Shown here piece after piece: positions 12,298-24,439 of a stretch of DNA of 64,000 bases (positions are counted from its first letter, which is position 1; every line of letters starts with the position of its first letter). Location: positions 124,001 through 188,000 of the forward strand of contig JBEWZL010000198.1 in NCBI GenBank assembly GCA_045837725.1, in the 5' to 3' direction. The notes below the pieces were generated by a model. The model was given only the letters and a program-made list of their open reading frames with translations, did no database searches and was not told the DNA's origin. Both the position numbers and the translations under genes were made by a program. This DNA is from Vermamoeba vermiformis. Lineage: Eukaryota.

Positions 12298-13607
12298 ATG
12301 GCAAATAATTGGAAAAAGTATTGGCTACGTGCATTTGATGCATCTACACTAGTTCTAGGTAATAGTAGTAATTTAAATGACTACAGAAGAAAATGTTGAT
12401 TTTGTGATTTATTTTCTGTAGATCAAAATATTCCTCCAAGAGAGCGATATTATCCTGCAGCCCGGGATCAGTGGCCACGTTTGATAACATTCAAAAACAA
12501 TCATATCTACTTAGAGCATCTTTTTCTATTTTATGGGCAACTGCCCAAAGAAGTGGAAAATGAAATAATAAATTATCTCGACACGGTAACACTATTTAGG
12601 TTGCTCATAAGCTAATAAATATTTTACGAAGATCCATGGCTACATGCCGGGCTTGGGAAATAATTCTGCTAAGCAACGTCACCTCCCTGGAATTTCATTT
12701 GGATAAGGCAGTGCGTCACTCCCAATTCGATGCAATACTCCAGAAGATAGATGTCAGTCATTTAACATCACTGATTTTTCAATCGCTAAGTGGCCTTCCT
12801 GCAACTGACGTGCCAAGCACGGTCACTTTTGACTTGCTTTTTCAACTTAGCAATCTCACAAAATTGGACTTTCTTTCATACCATTCACTTAATTTCGATT
12901 CAATCACAATGGAGATCTGGAGCACAGCTTTAACGAAACTACAAGAACTCTCGTTACACCACTGCGGAGTACCGGTAGAAGAATTCAATATGTTTCTTTC
13001 GAGCACAATTCACTTGACTTCATTGACACTGTTATCAATTACCTGTATTGTTGATGATTCAGATTCATTCGATAGTTCCTCCGATGATGATGAAATATAT
13101 TCTTATATTTTAGACGCTTTACCAAGTTTGACAAATTTAGTCTCATTGACGACAGATCAATTAGTCGATGGAGTCATTTCGAGCTGTACACAGTTAGAGT
13201 GTTTGCATTTACGAAAATCATTAGATTTGCAGCACATATCGGCACTTACAAATCTTCGGTCATTAAAAGTTAGACACGAGGCGATGAACTTGGACTTCTT
13301 GTCAACTCTCACTCAGTTGCAAAGATTATCTTTGTGTGACATGCCGTTTGAGGGAATTAGGAACTTTCCAAGGCTAGTCAACTTAACCTACTTACAAGCG
13401 CCAGTAAAACGCAATGGGGCTTTCCTAAAACAAGTGCCAAATTTGCAAATATTGAAGATGGTCTTTCCGACTGATCGAGAAAGTGTCAAGAAATGGCCCC
13501 CACACGATAATCTTCAAAGGATTTACTCGGGCAATCGTGAACTGAACTGTACGGAAGAATACAAAAAAAAGTACTCGAAGCTATTGTATTGTTTGCTTGA
13601 TAAATAA
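12298..13607 (+). CDS. F-box/LRR protein
   Basis: LPKEVENEIINYLDTVTLFR|SMATCRAWE across a 32-nt intron (12600-12631), followed by LxxLxL repeats. Start exon less certain. Confidence 0.75.
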
Positions 13608-13717
13608 CCATCTTCCATTACTACATCATTGTTCTGATTATTCTTTTTTATTATTGGTTTGATCTGCCAAAAAATTGTTGGATCGCAACATGTCATTTTG
13701 CTCTATCAGACGAGAAC

Positions 13718-16690
13718 ATGTACTACAGTTCATCAAATGAAAGCAATACTGAGAATTATAGCTCCGAAGAAAACGACTATGACAAGCAAACAACGCGTCG
13801 CAAACTCGACTCTGAGTCCGAAGAAGATCCGCGTCCGCAGGTCTTACTCGATTTGTGGACCATCCTTTCGAAGCTGAAAGCTCCAAGTACTTTTGCCAGC
13901 AGTGGAGAAGTAGTGTCTATTCCTCCAGGTAAGCTCCCCAAGCTGTTTAGAAAGCAAATCCGGATATCTTGTTCCGATTTCAATTAAAATAATTCCAAAA
14001 AATTCATTGTTTAGAAATATGAAACCTACACATCGAATAAATTAATTTATTTAATCAAATGCAATTAAAATCCAACTACTTTTGACCAACGAAATTCTGC
14101 GCAAATGGATCCGAAACAATTTATGCTCTGATTTTGAGATTAGCCGGTCCATTCTATTTACAAAATTATTTCTTGCTATTCTGTCCTTCGAAATTTAAAA
14201 AAAAAAGGGCGCGAACTGAACCGATCGGATTCAGAATTCTAATCCACAATACAACAGGCTTGCGAATTAAGAGCTATGGAGATCTAGGCCTTCCTTTGCG
14301 AGAGCGCGATGCTAAGGAGATCTTTGCTCAATATCAAAAGACTCCAGTACGTCGTGGGCCAAAGAACAAAAATAGCGCCACCTTACAGATCGGTAAGACC
14401 GAAGAACTTAGCATACTGCAGCATATAAAGTATAACACATCATTTCATTATAGATGCCTCAGAAGTTGAACTATTGAACGACAAATTTGTCGAGCAGATC
14501 AAGTCAGCAACTTCTGCCGTTGCAGTTGAACTAGGTTTGGATCCCGCGACAAAGGTCGAAGCTCAATTAAGCAAGTTGCTTCTCTTTGAGACCGGTGGAA
14601 CCTTCTCGCTGCCAAAGGACAAGACGAAAGGAGCGTTCGCTTCGTTAATCGTGACCTTGCCAAGTACATTCGAGGGCGGCGAACTGACCGTCAGTCATCA
14701 AGGCATTGACATGCATTTTGTGCCCCAGAATACGACATTTACGACATCCTATGCTGCATTCTACTCAAGTTGCAAGTACACCATTCAGCCAGTAACATCG
14801 GGCTATCGCTTGGCATTGCTCTACAACATCGTGGTGTTAGAGGGTCCAGTGCCTCGTGTTCCAAACAACAGCGCTGTAATTAACGCAAAGAAGTGTCTTC
14901 GTCGCTGGGAAACTCAAACTGGATCAGGCGTGCCCACCAAGGTACACGATCACTTCCGCTTGTTGATCATCTGATTGTCTAACCTAACCTTTCAGGCTGT
15001 CATTGTAATGAAGCACAAATACGCAGCAGACAAAATTTCAGTTCATAATCTGATAAAAGAAGATCGGGCAATCGCACAAGTGCTCCAAGAGGCCGTCAAA
15101 GGAGAAGAGTTTGAGCTGTTTATAGGCCTCTTACACTACCGCGAGTCGGGCGATTATGAAATGGAAAAAATTGACGACAAAACATTTAAAATTGAGGCTC
15201 TATATGATGTAAGAGGAGAGCCGTCGAATGCCCAGATTAACTGGGTCAATAGCACGGGTAAGTATTCGGAACGTTAGAGTCAATGGAACTTTAGTTCTAA
15301 CCGAACTCGTTTAGGCGTTTACCCGCCTGACGCGTTCGAGGATGAAAACTATGATTACGTTGAGAAGGATAAAGATGATTGGTGGCGAACAGGGCATTAC
15401 AAACGAGCCGCTCTCGTCGTGTGGCCAAAAAACAAATGGATAGATTTGCTTTGCGAGGGCCATTCAAATATCGTCATTAAAAATTTAGAGGAGCTGATAG
15501 CAAAGTGCTCCGACGAGCCGAGAGATTCTCCGGCATGGAAAGCAGTGGAGAGAATGGCATCGAAATTGATGACAAAGATTATCATCAGACTGACTGCTAG
15601 TCACAGTTTTTTGAACTCTCTTGGCACAATCGGCGACTTTCAAATGATTCAGAAATATTTAACCGAGCTGGGCAAATTGCATTTAACCGAGGTAGAAACC
15701 GAAAAATTTTGCATTGCTTTGGACCGATGCTTGGAGCAATTTGGCTGGGAGGCCCTCGGTGATCCAATTGAAAAGTTATTGACGAGTACGTTCGCGTATG
15801 CTTTGATTGATCAATATGAAAATCTGACGTGTTTCAAACAGAATGTGATGTGGAATCTGCTGTCGCTTTCTTACAGCATTACACTGCGAAAAAAATCAGC
15901 AACAAAAAAGCGCAGCAAGCAATATTTGCTATTGCTAATAAGCTGATCAAAGAAACGTATCCTAGCGACTATTTCTCGTCCGACAGAAACACTTAGCAAG
16001 GTAGTCAACATCGCTTGTGCTATCGATCAGCGCTTAGTCACGGATGTAAGTTAAATTTCATCAAATTGATGCGGTATTAATCGTTTCTTCATGAATTCAG
16101 ATCTTTAACTTCATCGCAAAGCGCTACGCTAATATTGATACGGAGCTCATTCCGACGTTAACAAAGCTGCGAGAACTTGACTGCTAGCATTGAGAAGAAC
16201 CCCGAATACATCAACCTCGTCAATCATTGCATTAATTTTATCAAAGACCGTATTGCAGCTGCAAAGGCGCGAAGGGACGATTGGAGCATTATCTTTGCCC
16301 AGTTGAATTGCAAATGTCAACACTGTGCGCCGGTACGACTAGATAGATCATGGATAATAGTCTCACTGTTTGACTTTTTTTTGACTATAGATTACCCAGT
16401 TCTTGAAGAGCCCAACTGAAATTACCTACAAGTTCACGATTTCATCTAGCCACATCCGCGACGCAATGCGCCCGTATTACAAGCAACGGTACAGCTTTGC
16501 AGGGCTGGTGGAGGTGCGTGAAGATCGGAATGGCAAGCGCATCGAAAAGCTTGGCAAAGAAGCTGATGTTGTCAAGAAAGACGTGCTGAAAGATGAAGCG
16601 AAAGTCGCTGAGTTGAAAAGCTTAATTGCAAGCAACTACGCTACTAACGGCAGAGAGGCCAAACGACGAAAAATAACCCATCAGAAATGA
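13718..16690 (+). CDS. 2OG-Fe(II) oxygenase-family protein, copy A, iron ligands degenerate; +1 insertions at 15975/15976 and 16176/16177
   Basis: Colinear with copy B; TFSLPKD replaces FFVPHKD and CKYTIQPV replaces CKHEIKPV; CxCxxC and C-terminal KRRK retained. Confidence 0.8.
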
Positions 16691-16813
16691 ACGGTCTTTG
16701 TATCTTGAATGTGCCCGCGTAAACTGTTTGTTTGCAACAAAATAAAAGTCACTGGCGGACTTTCGTATTTGTTTTTCAAACAAAGGGTCACGTACACCTG
16801 ACCAATAATTAAA

Positions 16814-19783
16814 ATGTCGGACGAAGATGAAATATTTATTTCGTCAGATGATAGTGAAGAAGCCAACGAGGAAGGATCGGATGCATCTGGTTCAGAACAT
16901 TCAGAATCAGGCGATCATTCACCCGTCCTGCTAAATTTATGGAATATTATATCGGGCTTAAATGCACCGGGCACATTTGCTTGTGGTGGGCCGATGAAAT
17001 TGATCCTGCCAGGTAAAAATCTTCCAAAATTAAACTTAATTTGATTTGATATAATTTTAAAAGCTACTCAATTTAGTCAGTTAATTTCGAGAGCTAGTTT
17101 AAATTAAATCAATTATTTAAAATTGAAACAAAGATTTTCAACAGATCTGAAAATTGATACACGTTCTGACGACGCAGTTTAGGCCTGCATATTAATGGCT
17201 TCGGAAGTGTTGGTCTTCCATTGAGCGAGCGCGATGCCAAAGAAATTATAACTCTTTGTCAGCGAGCACCATTTGGTCGTGGCGCAAAAACGATTGTTGA
17301 TACCAATGTTCGAAACACTTGGCAATTAAGTACGTTATATCCAATATTACGACATCCATAATATAATAGTATTGAGTCATACGAGTTATCTGAACTAACA
17401 TTTTTCGAACAGATCCATCGCAAGTACAGTTGTTGAACGAAGAGTTCGTCAGTCAGATCAACTCACTTGTCGTAGACACCGTTGCTGTGGAATTAGGCTT
17501 GGGACCTTCAGCTAACGTAGAAGCTCGATTATACAAGCTGTTATTATACGAGCCTGGTGGCTTCTTCGTGCCACACAAAGACACCGAGAAAGAAAAAGGA
17601 ATGTTCGCGTCGTTGGTCGTGACATTGCCGAGCACATTTGAAGGCGGTGAGCTGATTGTGACGCACAAAGGCATGAGCAAGAAGTTCAAGCCCGAGAAGC
17701 CCTCCTACAGCACATCTTACGTGTCATTCTTTGCTGACTGCAAACACGAGATCAAGCCCGTGACATCAGGGTACAGATTAGCCCTTGTCTACAACGTTGT
17801 CAGTCTCAGTAAGGGCCCGTTGCCTAGTCCCACAACAAATAAGAGTGCCCTCCAAGCTCTCGAGTGCATTCAGAAATGGAAGAAATCAAAGTCCGCACCA
17901 ACGAAGGTAATTCCCACAAAATTAAACCCTTTCTCACATTTTATATTTCTTAGATCGTCATATAGCATCATATAGTTAAATAACATTAATATTGTTTGTT
18001 CTAGGCTGTGTTCATCTTGCAACATCAATACACGCCGTCAGGACTGTCAGTCAATGTGCTGAAAAACAAAGACCGAGCAATGGTACAAATACTGCAAGAA
18101 GCGATTAAAGACGAAGGATTCGATCTCTATTTGGCACTACTCGATAAAACGAAGTCCGGTTCAGCGGAATGTGAAGGATACAGATCGGGCTACTCCATGG
18201 GTGAAGTCTACGAGGAAGATATCACTCTTCACTCATTGGTCAATGCAAAAGGAGAACAAGCAGATGTTGACATCACAATTGACGACTCCGGTAATAATTT
18301 TTCTTTTTAGGAAGGTGTACTTTTTATTGACGCCGCAATTTTTTGTCATAGATGTTTATCCGCCGAAAGCTTTCGAGGATTATAACGCCGATTCTGAGTC
18401 CGTAGAAGAAGCCACAGGCAATGAAGGCGCAAGTATGGAGCTAAGGTATCATAGAGCTGTGGTCGTATTGTGGCCGAAAGATCGCTGGATCGACATTATT
18501 TGCGAAGGTTCTACTTCAGATGCTGTCAAACATATGCAGGGACTGCTGTCAAAATGTCCTATGAAAGGGCCGAAGAACACGCCTGATTGGGAAAACGTCA
18601 AAAAAATGGCCAAAATTTTGGCTGGCAAAGTCTCGCTGGATGCGGAATTTTTGGAAGCCTTACTTAAGATCGACGATATTGAATTGCTTCAAGACTATCT
18701 ACACACTGCTAGTTTGCGAAATCGTTACTCTGAAGGCAAAGAAATGGAAGCATTTTGCCTCGTACTGGATAAATGCCTCGAAAAATATGGCTGGAAAACT
18801 TTAGCTGATGCATTGGTCCAGTTTGCGAACGGTAAAAACCCAATATGCCAATCAACCAATTCTAATTTTTATTTATTTTTAGGCTTAAAAACGGACGGAA
18901 CATTAAGTTTCCTGCTACATTTTTGTTCATTCAAAATTGAAGATAAGAAAGCGAACGATGCTCTCCTATCAATTACTCGCAACGTAATTAAGGTCAAGTA
19001 TCCGGAAGAATCTAAATATAGCAATGATCATGGATCGAGTTTGCAACATGGCGAAAGTTGCGAGTGTAATGGATCCAGCTTTGTTGGCTGAAGTACGTAT
19101 CATATACGATCAACACTTACCCTAAATAGTACATTTTACTTAATGCGCTATTTATAGGTCTTTAAGTACGTCAAAAATGGCTTCAAAGATGTGGATGCAG
19201 ATCTGATCCCGACGTTACAAAAGATGCGCGAACTCGTTCCGAGTATTTACGAACGAGAAGAGTTTATTGATTTGACCAATCACTGCATTACTGCCCTAGA
19301 AAAACGTGTTGCTGCAGCTAAAGCAAGAGCCGATGATTGGAGCGTTCAAAGTGCAGTCTCGTGTAAATGCGCTGAATGCAAACCAGTAAGTCAATATCAT
19401 ATTATAATAACAGAGGCTTAAATCAATTAATTATATTCTTCTAGTCACTAATATGTAATTATTGAAAGGTAGAGAAATTTTTGAAAAGTCCAACCGAAAA
19501 AGTTTATCGCTACAAAGCTCCGCAAGCTAAACGCAACCATATTGAAGAGTCCGTCTCCGGCCGCTACTACGCTAAGAGGCTCGTTGACGTGCTTAAGTGC
19601 ACTACTGATAAGAGCAGCTCGCCGCAAGTACTCGTCATTACAAAAATAGGTAAAGAAGCAGATGTGGAGAAGAAAAAAGCTGCTAAAGATGAAGCCACTA
19701 TCGCTGTATTAAAAAGCATGCTCGATGGTCCTGCTGCACAAGAACGAGCGACTAAGCGACAGAAAGTAGCGCACAAAAAGTAA
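16814..19783 (+). CDS. 2OG-Fe(II) oxygenase-family protein, copy B; +1 insertion at 19028/19029
   Basis: LYKLLLYEPGGFFVPHKDTEK..FEGGEL..DCKHEIKPVTSGYRLALVYN; C-terminal CKCAEC and KRQK. Confidence 0.88.
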
Positions 19784-20061
19784 TGTTCGTTGTACGGCGC
19801 CTTATGTACTTTATGTGCAGAGTAATCTCAGTAAACACTAGTAATATTGACCTTTGGTATTAATATTTGATGCGCCATGCACACAAACCCTTGACCAATG
19901 TTCGTACCGCGTAAAAACAATAACTCGACAGGAAAGGCCACAGCTTGCAAGGTTCAAGCTAAAGTAAATAATAGACTGAATGACGAATTGACAGCAGGCA
20001 GAATTTTGTTGATACGCGGCAAAAAGAAACAGATCTTTCGAAACCAAAACACCTGAATAAA

Positions 20062-21036
20062 ATGGCAGAAGACGTAATTCCTATTTCTTCTGGTGAAAGT
20101 GACGCAGAAGATATACACGATGAAGATGATGAGAATGAAGATGAGGATGAGGACGACGAAGATGAGGAACACGAGGGACGTTCCAAGATCTTGCTGGATT
20201 TGTCAGATGTAGTTTACGAAATAGCTGCGCCAGGCACTTTCGCGTGTGGTGGACCTATCAAGCTTATTCTGCCAGGTAAAGAGCGTTATTTATGCACCTA
20301 GTAGATTTTTCCGAATATTTTTTCGAAAAAAATAAATAATCCAATCGCAATCTTTTAATCTGTACAAGCAATTAAGATATAATTGGAATTTTTAGAATAT
20401 TTTCGAAGGATTTTTAACAAGTCAATTAATCGATTAGTAATTTTACGATGTAATTTCTAGGCCTGCACATTAATGGCTTCGGCGAGGTTAGTATTCCATT
20501 ACGAGAGCGCGATGCCAAAGAAATTATAACTCTTTGTCAACGAGCACCGTTTGGTCGTGGCGAACAAACGATTGTTGATACCAATGTCCGAAACACCTGG
20601 CAATTAAGTACGTAAAATACAATATTTTTCAAATATTACTCGTATTAAATTGGATTTCTTATAGGTCCCTCGGAGATTCAGATATTGAACAAAGATTTTG
20701 TACAGCAGATCCACTCACTCGTCAAAGACACTGTTGCTGTGGAATTAGGTTTGGGACCCGCAGTTGCCGCGATTATATGTTAAGAAGAGGAAAGAAAGAA
20801 TTAAAAACCGCAAAAGCAAACGGCCACGAGAGCTTAATATCATCGATTTCCGCACTGAAACTAGAGGCTCGCCACATACACTTGTCATCAGCAAGTTGAA
20901 TAAGGAGTTGGATCTCGCAAGGCAAAATGCGAAGAGAGATGAAGTGATTATTGCACAGCTGCACAGTTACATTACTAGCGATGACTCGGAGCAGGAAAGA
21001 GCTGCTAAACGACAAAAAACTGATCATGTAAGCTGA
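20062..21036 (+). pseudogene. Internally deleted 2OG-Fe(II) oxygenase, copy C
   Basis: First exons match copy B up to VELGLGP (about 20760), then jump out of frame to last-exon-like sequence ending AKRQKTDHVS; catalytic core absent. Confidence 0.75.
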
Positions 21037-21267
21037 GGTCAAGAAGCCAAAATAAAAATGGAACTTCTGATCTGTACCGTTAATTCGAACGTTATTCTAC
21101 TGACCAGTAATATTGATACTTCTGACCAATATGATGTGATGATGCTACCGTCTTTTAAACTTACTTTGGACGTTCACAATCGCTAAGGCAAGAACAAAAA
21201 CCGGAAATTTCTGTTCGTTGATTTTCAAGTCTCGCAAGATTTTCATTATTAATGTAAATAGTGCCAT

Positions 21268-24267
21268 ATGACAGAACAGAAGGTTACTCGTTCTAATTCT
21301 TTGAACACCAACGACGATGTGACCGAAGGGCGTTCAAAGATCTTGGCGGATTTGTCTGAGATCGTTTGTGGAATAGACTCACCTGGTGCATTTGCCTGTG
21401 GAGGAAAAATTAATAATATTTTTCCAGGTATTTACCGCGAAATAATACGATTGAATTTTTGCAACGGTTTCAGTATTAAAATGAATATGTTTTTGATACA
21501 CTAAATTTCGGTCACTGGTTTGAATACGACGAGTAATTTCCGCGATTTTATTGTTAAATTATTCATTACTTTTAGAATGCTAAAAAAGCAAATAAATTGA
21601 GAGTATTTTATTAAAATTAATGTTTTATCTAAATAATTTTTTGGGCTGCTTGCATAACGTCTTAATATTCACTCAAGACATTTGTCAGGTCTGCATATTA
21701 ACGGCTATGGCGAAGTTGGCCTTCCATTCAGAGAGCGAGAGGCCAAAGAACTTATTGGTCTTTTCAAGAAGAAAGAAATTAGTTACGTCAGGAACACGTG
21801 GGAACTAGGTACGTATTTAAGCCAGGCTAATAACAACAACCTAATAATATCAAATTTAATGCTAAAAATAACGCCTTATAACTTGCAGACGCTTCTGAAG
21901 TTCAGATATTGAACAAAGATTTTGTGCAGCAGATCCACGCACTCGTCAAGGACACCGTTGCAAGTGAACTGGGCTTGGGACCTTCAGCAAACATTGAAGC
22001 TCGATTATACAAGCTACTCATCTACGAGCCTGGAGGCTTCTTCGTGCCACACAAAGACACAGAGAAAGAAAAAGGAATGTTCGCGTCGTTGGTCGTGACA
22101 CTGCCGAGTCATTTTGAAGGCGGAGAGTTCGTTGTTAGTCACCAAAACACAGTCAAGACATTCAAGGCCGAGAACGCTTCGTACACCACAACGTACTTTG
22201 CCTTCTTTGCAGACTGTGAACACGAGATCAAGCCCGTGACATCAGGGTACCGTCTTGCCCTGGTCTATAACATTGTCAGTCTCAGTAAGGGCCCATTACC
22301 ACGTCCAAAAGGCAATGAAAGAATTGTTAAAGCAAAACACTGTCTTCAACAGTGGCAGAAATTGAATCCAGGACCGTCGAAGGCAAGTCTATGTGTACCT
22401 TTAAATTCCAAGAACTTTTCTGACAATTTGCTATTTAAGTTCGTGCACGTGTTAGAACATCCGTACACGCCTACAGGAGTATCACTTCAGGCGTTGAAAA
22501 ATCAAGACTGCGGAGTGGTGCAAGTGTTGCAAGAGGCTGTCAAAGTCGAAGACTTCGAGCTGTATTTAGGACTGCTTTTTTACAGCAAGAAAGGCGCGCC
22601 TGAATATGGTGAATACGATCGCTACGGCAATTATGAAGGCAATTATCACATTGACGAAGTGTTCGAAGAAACGATACAGTTTCGTTCGTTGTTCAACCTG
22701 GACGGAAATCGACTCGAGAAAAACCTTCCTTTGTCCGTTAAAGGTAAAAATATAATGACTAATTAATCCATTTCATTACACACATTATTATGTGCGTTTC
22801 AGTTTTCTACTAAAGATTTTCCGGACTAATCGAGTTCTTCTGATCACTTTTTCTAGATGTTTATCCTGTGGATGTTTTTGAGGACGATGATGCAGACTCA
22901 GAATCGTACGAAGAGAGAAAGTACCCCACGATTGAACTCCGCTATCGCAAAGTAGTGGTCGTACTGTTCCCTAAAAGCAAATGGATCGATATTATGTGCG
23001 AAGGAAATGAATCAGATGCCGTGACTTATTTGGCCTCGTTAGTGTCAAAGTGCTTGACCAGCGAGTCCAAAGACGAAAGTGACTGGCAAAACTGCAAACG
23101 AATGGCGAAAATTCTACTCGATAAAAATCAGCATCCGAGAGTCAATAATAGCTTTTTGGAGTCACTGAACACTATTGGTGACGTGGAAATGGTGCAAAAT
23201 TACATTGGAAAAGTCATTACAAATTTCTGCGGCAAGGAGTGGGAATCATTTTGCGTGGTGATTGATCAAAGTTTGGCCAAGTTTGGCTGGGAACAATTGA
23301 CGCCGTCAGTGACAAAATTTATTAAAGGTAAGCTATATACTTTAATCGACTTGTATTTTATTAAATTATTATTAAAATATTAATATTAAGGATCGGATTT
23401 GGGTACCAAACTCAAGCTGCTGCTTCGTTTTACTGCGGTGAAATATGACGACCCAAAAGCCGTTGTATGCTTAGGATCAATCGCACAAGATATGATCAAA
23501 GTAGACATAGGCGAGAATACACTCTATGTTCCTGACGCAGAAACAGTCGGACAACTGGCTCGGATAGCCAATGATACGGATCCAGCAATGTTAACAAACG
23601 TGAGTATAGTTTTCGAAAATCTCTATATGCCCTAAATATGGTCAATATCATTGTTAATAGGTTTATTAGATCTTCGCCTTAATCTACTCTCGGTTCATGA
23701 ACGTGGATCTGCAGTACATTCCAACAGCGAAAGTTTTGTACGAGCACATTCCGAGTATCCGTCAACGCCCCGAATTCATCAATTTAGTGCAACAGTGCAT
23801 AGCCTTTCTTCAGAATCGCATTGCAATTGCTCAAGCACGAGCGGACAATTGGACTATTCTGACACCGATGTCTTGCCATTGTTTGGAATGCGTACCGGCA
23901 AGTATAATATAATAACAATAATATGCCTCCTATCAATCTAAACCTATTGTTGTAGATCGCAAATTTTCTGAAAGATCCCAATCAAGTGGTGTACAGGTAC
24001 AAAGCACCAAGCATGGAGCGTGATCACGTGGAGCAGTCAATCAGCAAGGATCTGACGACAACGTTTCGTATTCTGACGCTGTCCACTGAAGGACGAGGCA
24101 AAGCTACAACGCTGTTAATACAAAAGACGAACAAAGAATCCGATGTTGCGAAACAAACGGCTGCTAAAGATGCTGCGACTATTACGGATCTTACTAGCAT
24201 GATTGGCGGCAATGATTCAGAGCAAGAAAGACCTTTAAAAAGACAAAAACTAGAGCATACGAGTTAA
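21268..24267 (+). CDS. 2OG-Fe(II) oxygenase-family protein, copy D, with two GC-AG introns
   Basis: Intact HKD...H...R motifs; CHCLEC; KRQK tail; GCAAGT donors at 22383 and 23898. Confidence 0.88.
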
Positions 24268-24439
24268 ACCGGCACCTACTGATAAATAATAATGGCTTTA
24301 ATATAACAGTCCATATTCTTACCCAAAACTACGACCGCCGTTTCGGGGTTAGAAATTTCTATTTCACGTGCGAATAATTTTTGTTTCCATTTAAAAATTT
24401 ATTGCTAACTAAAGACAATGCTACTATAAGCAATTACTT

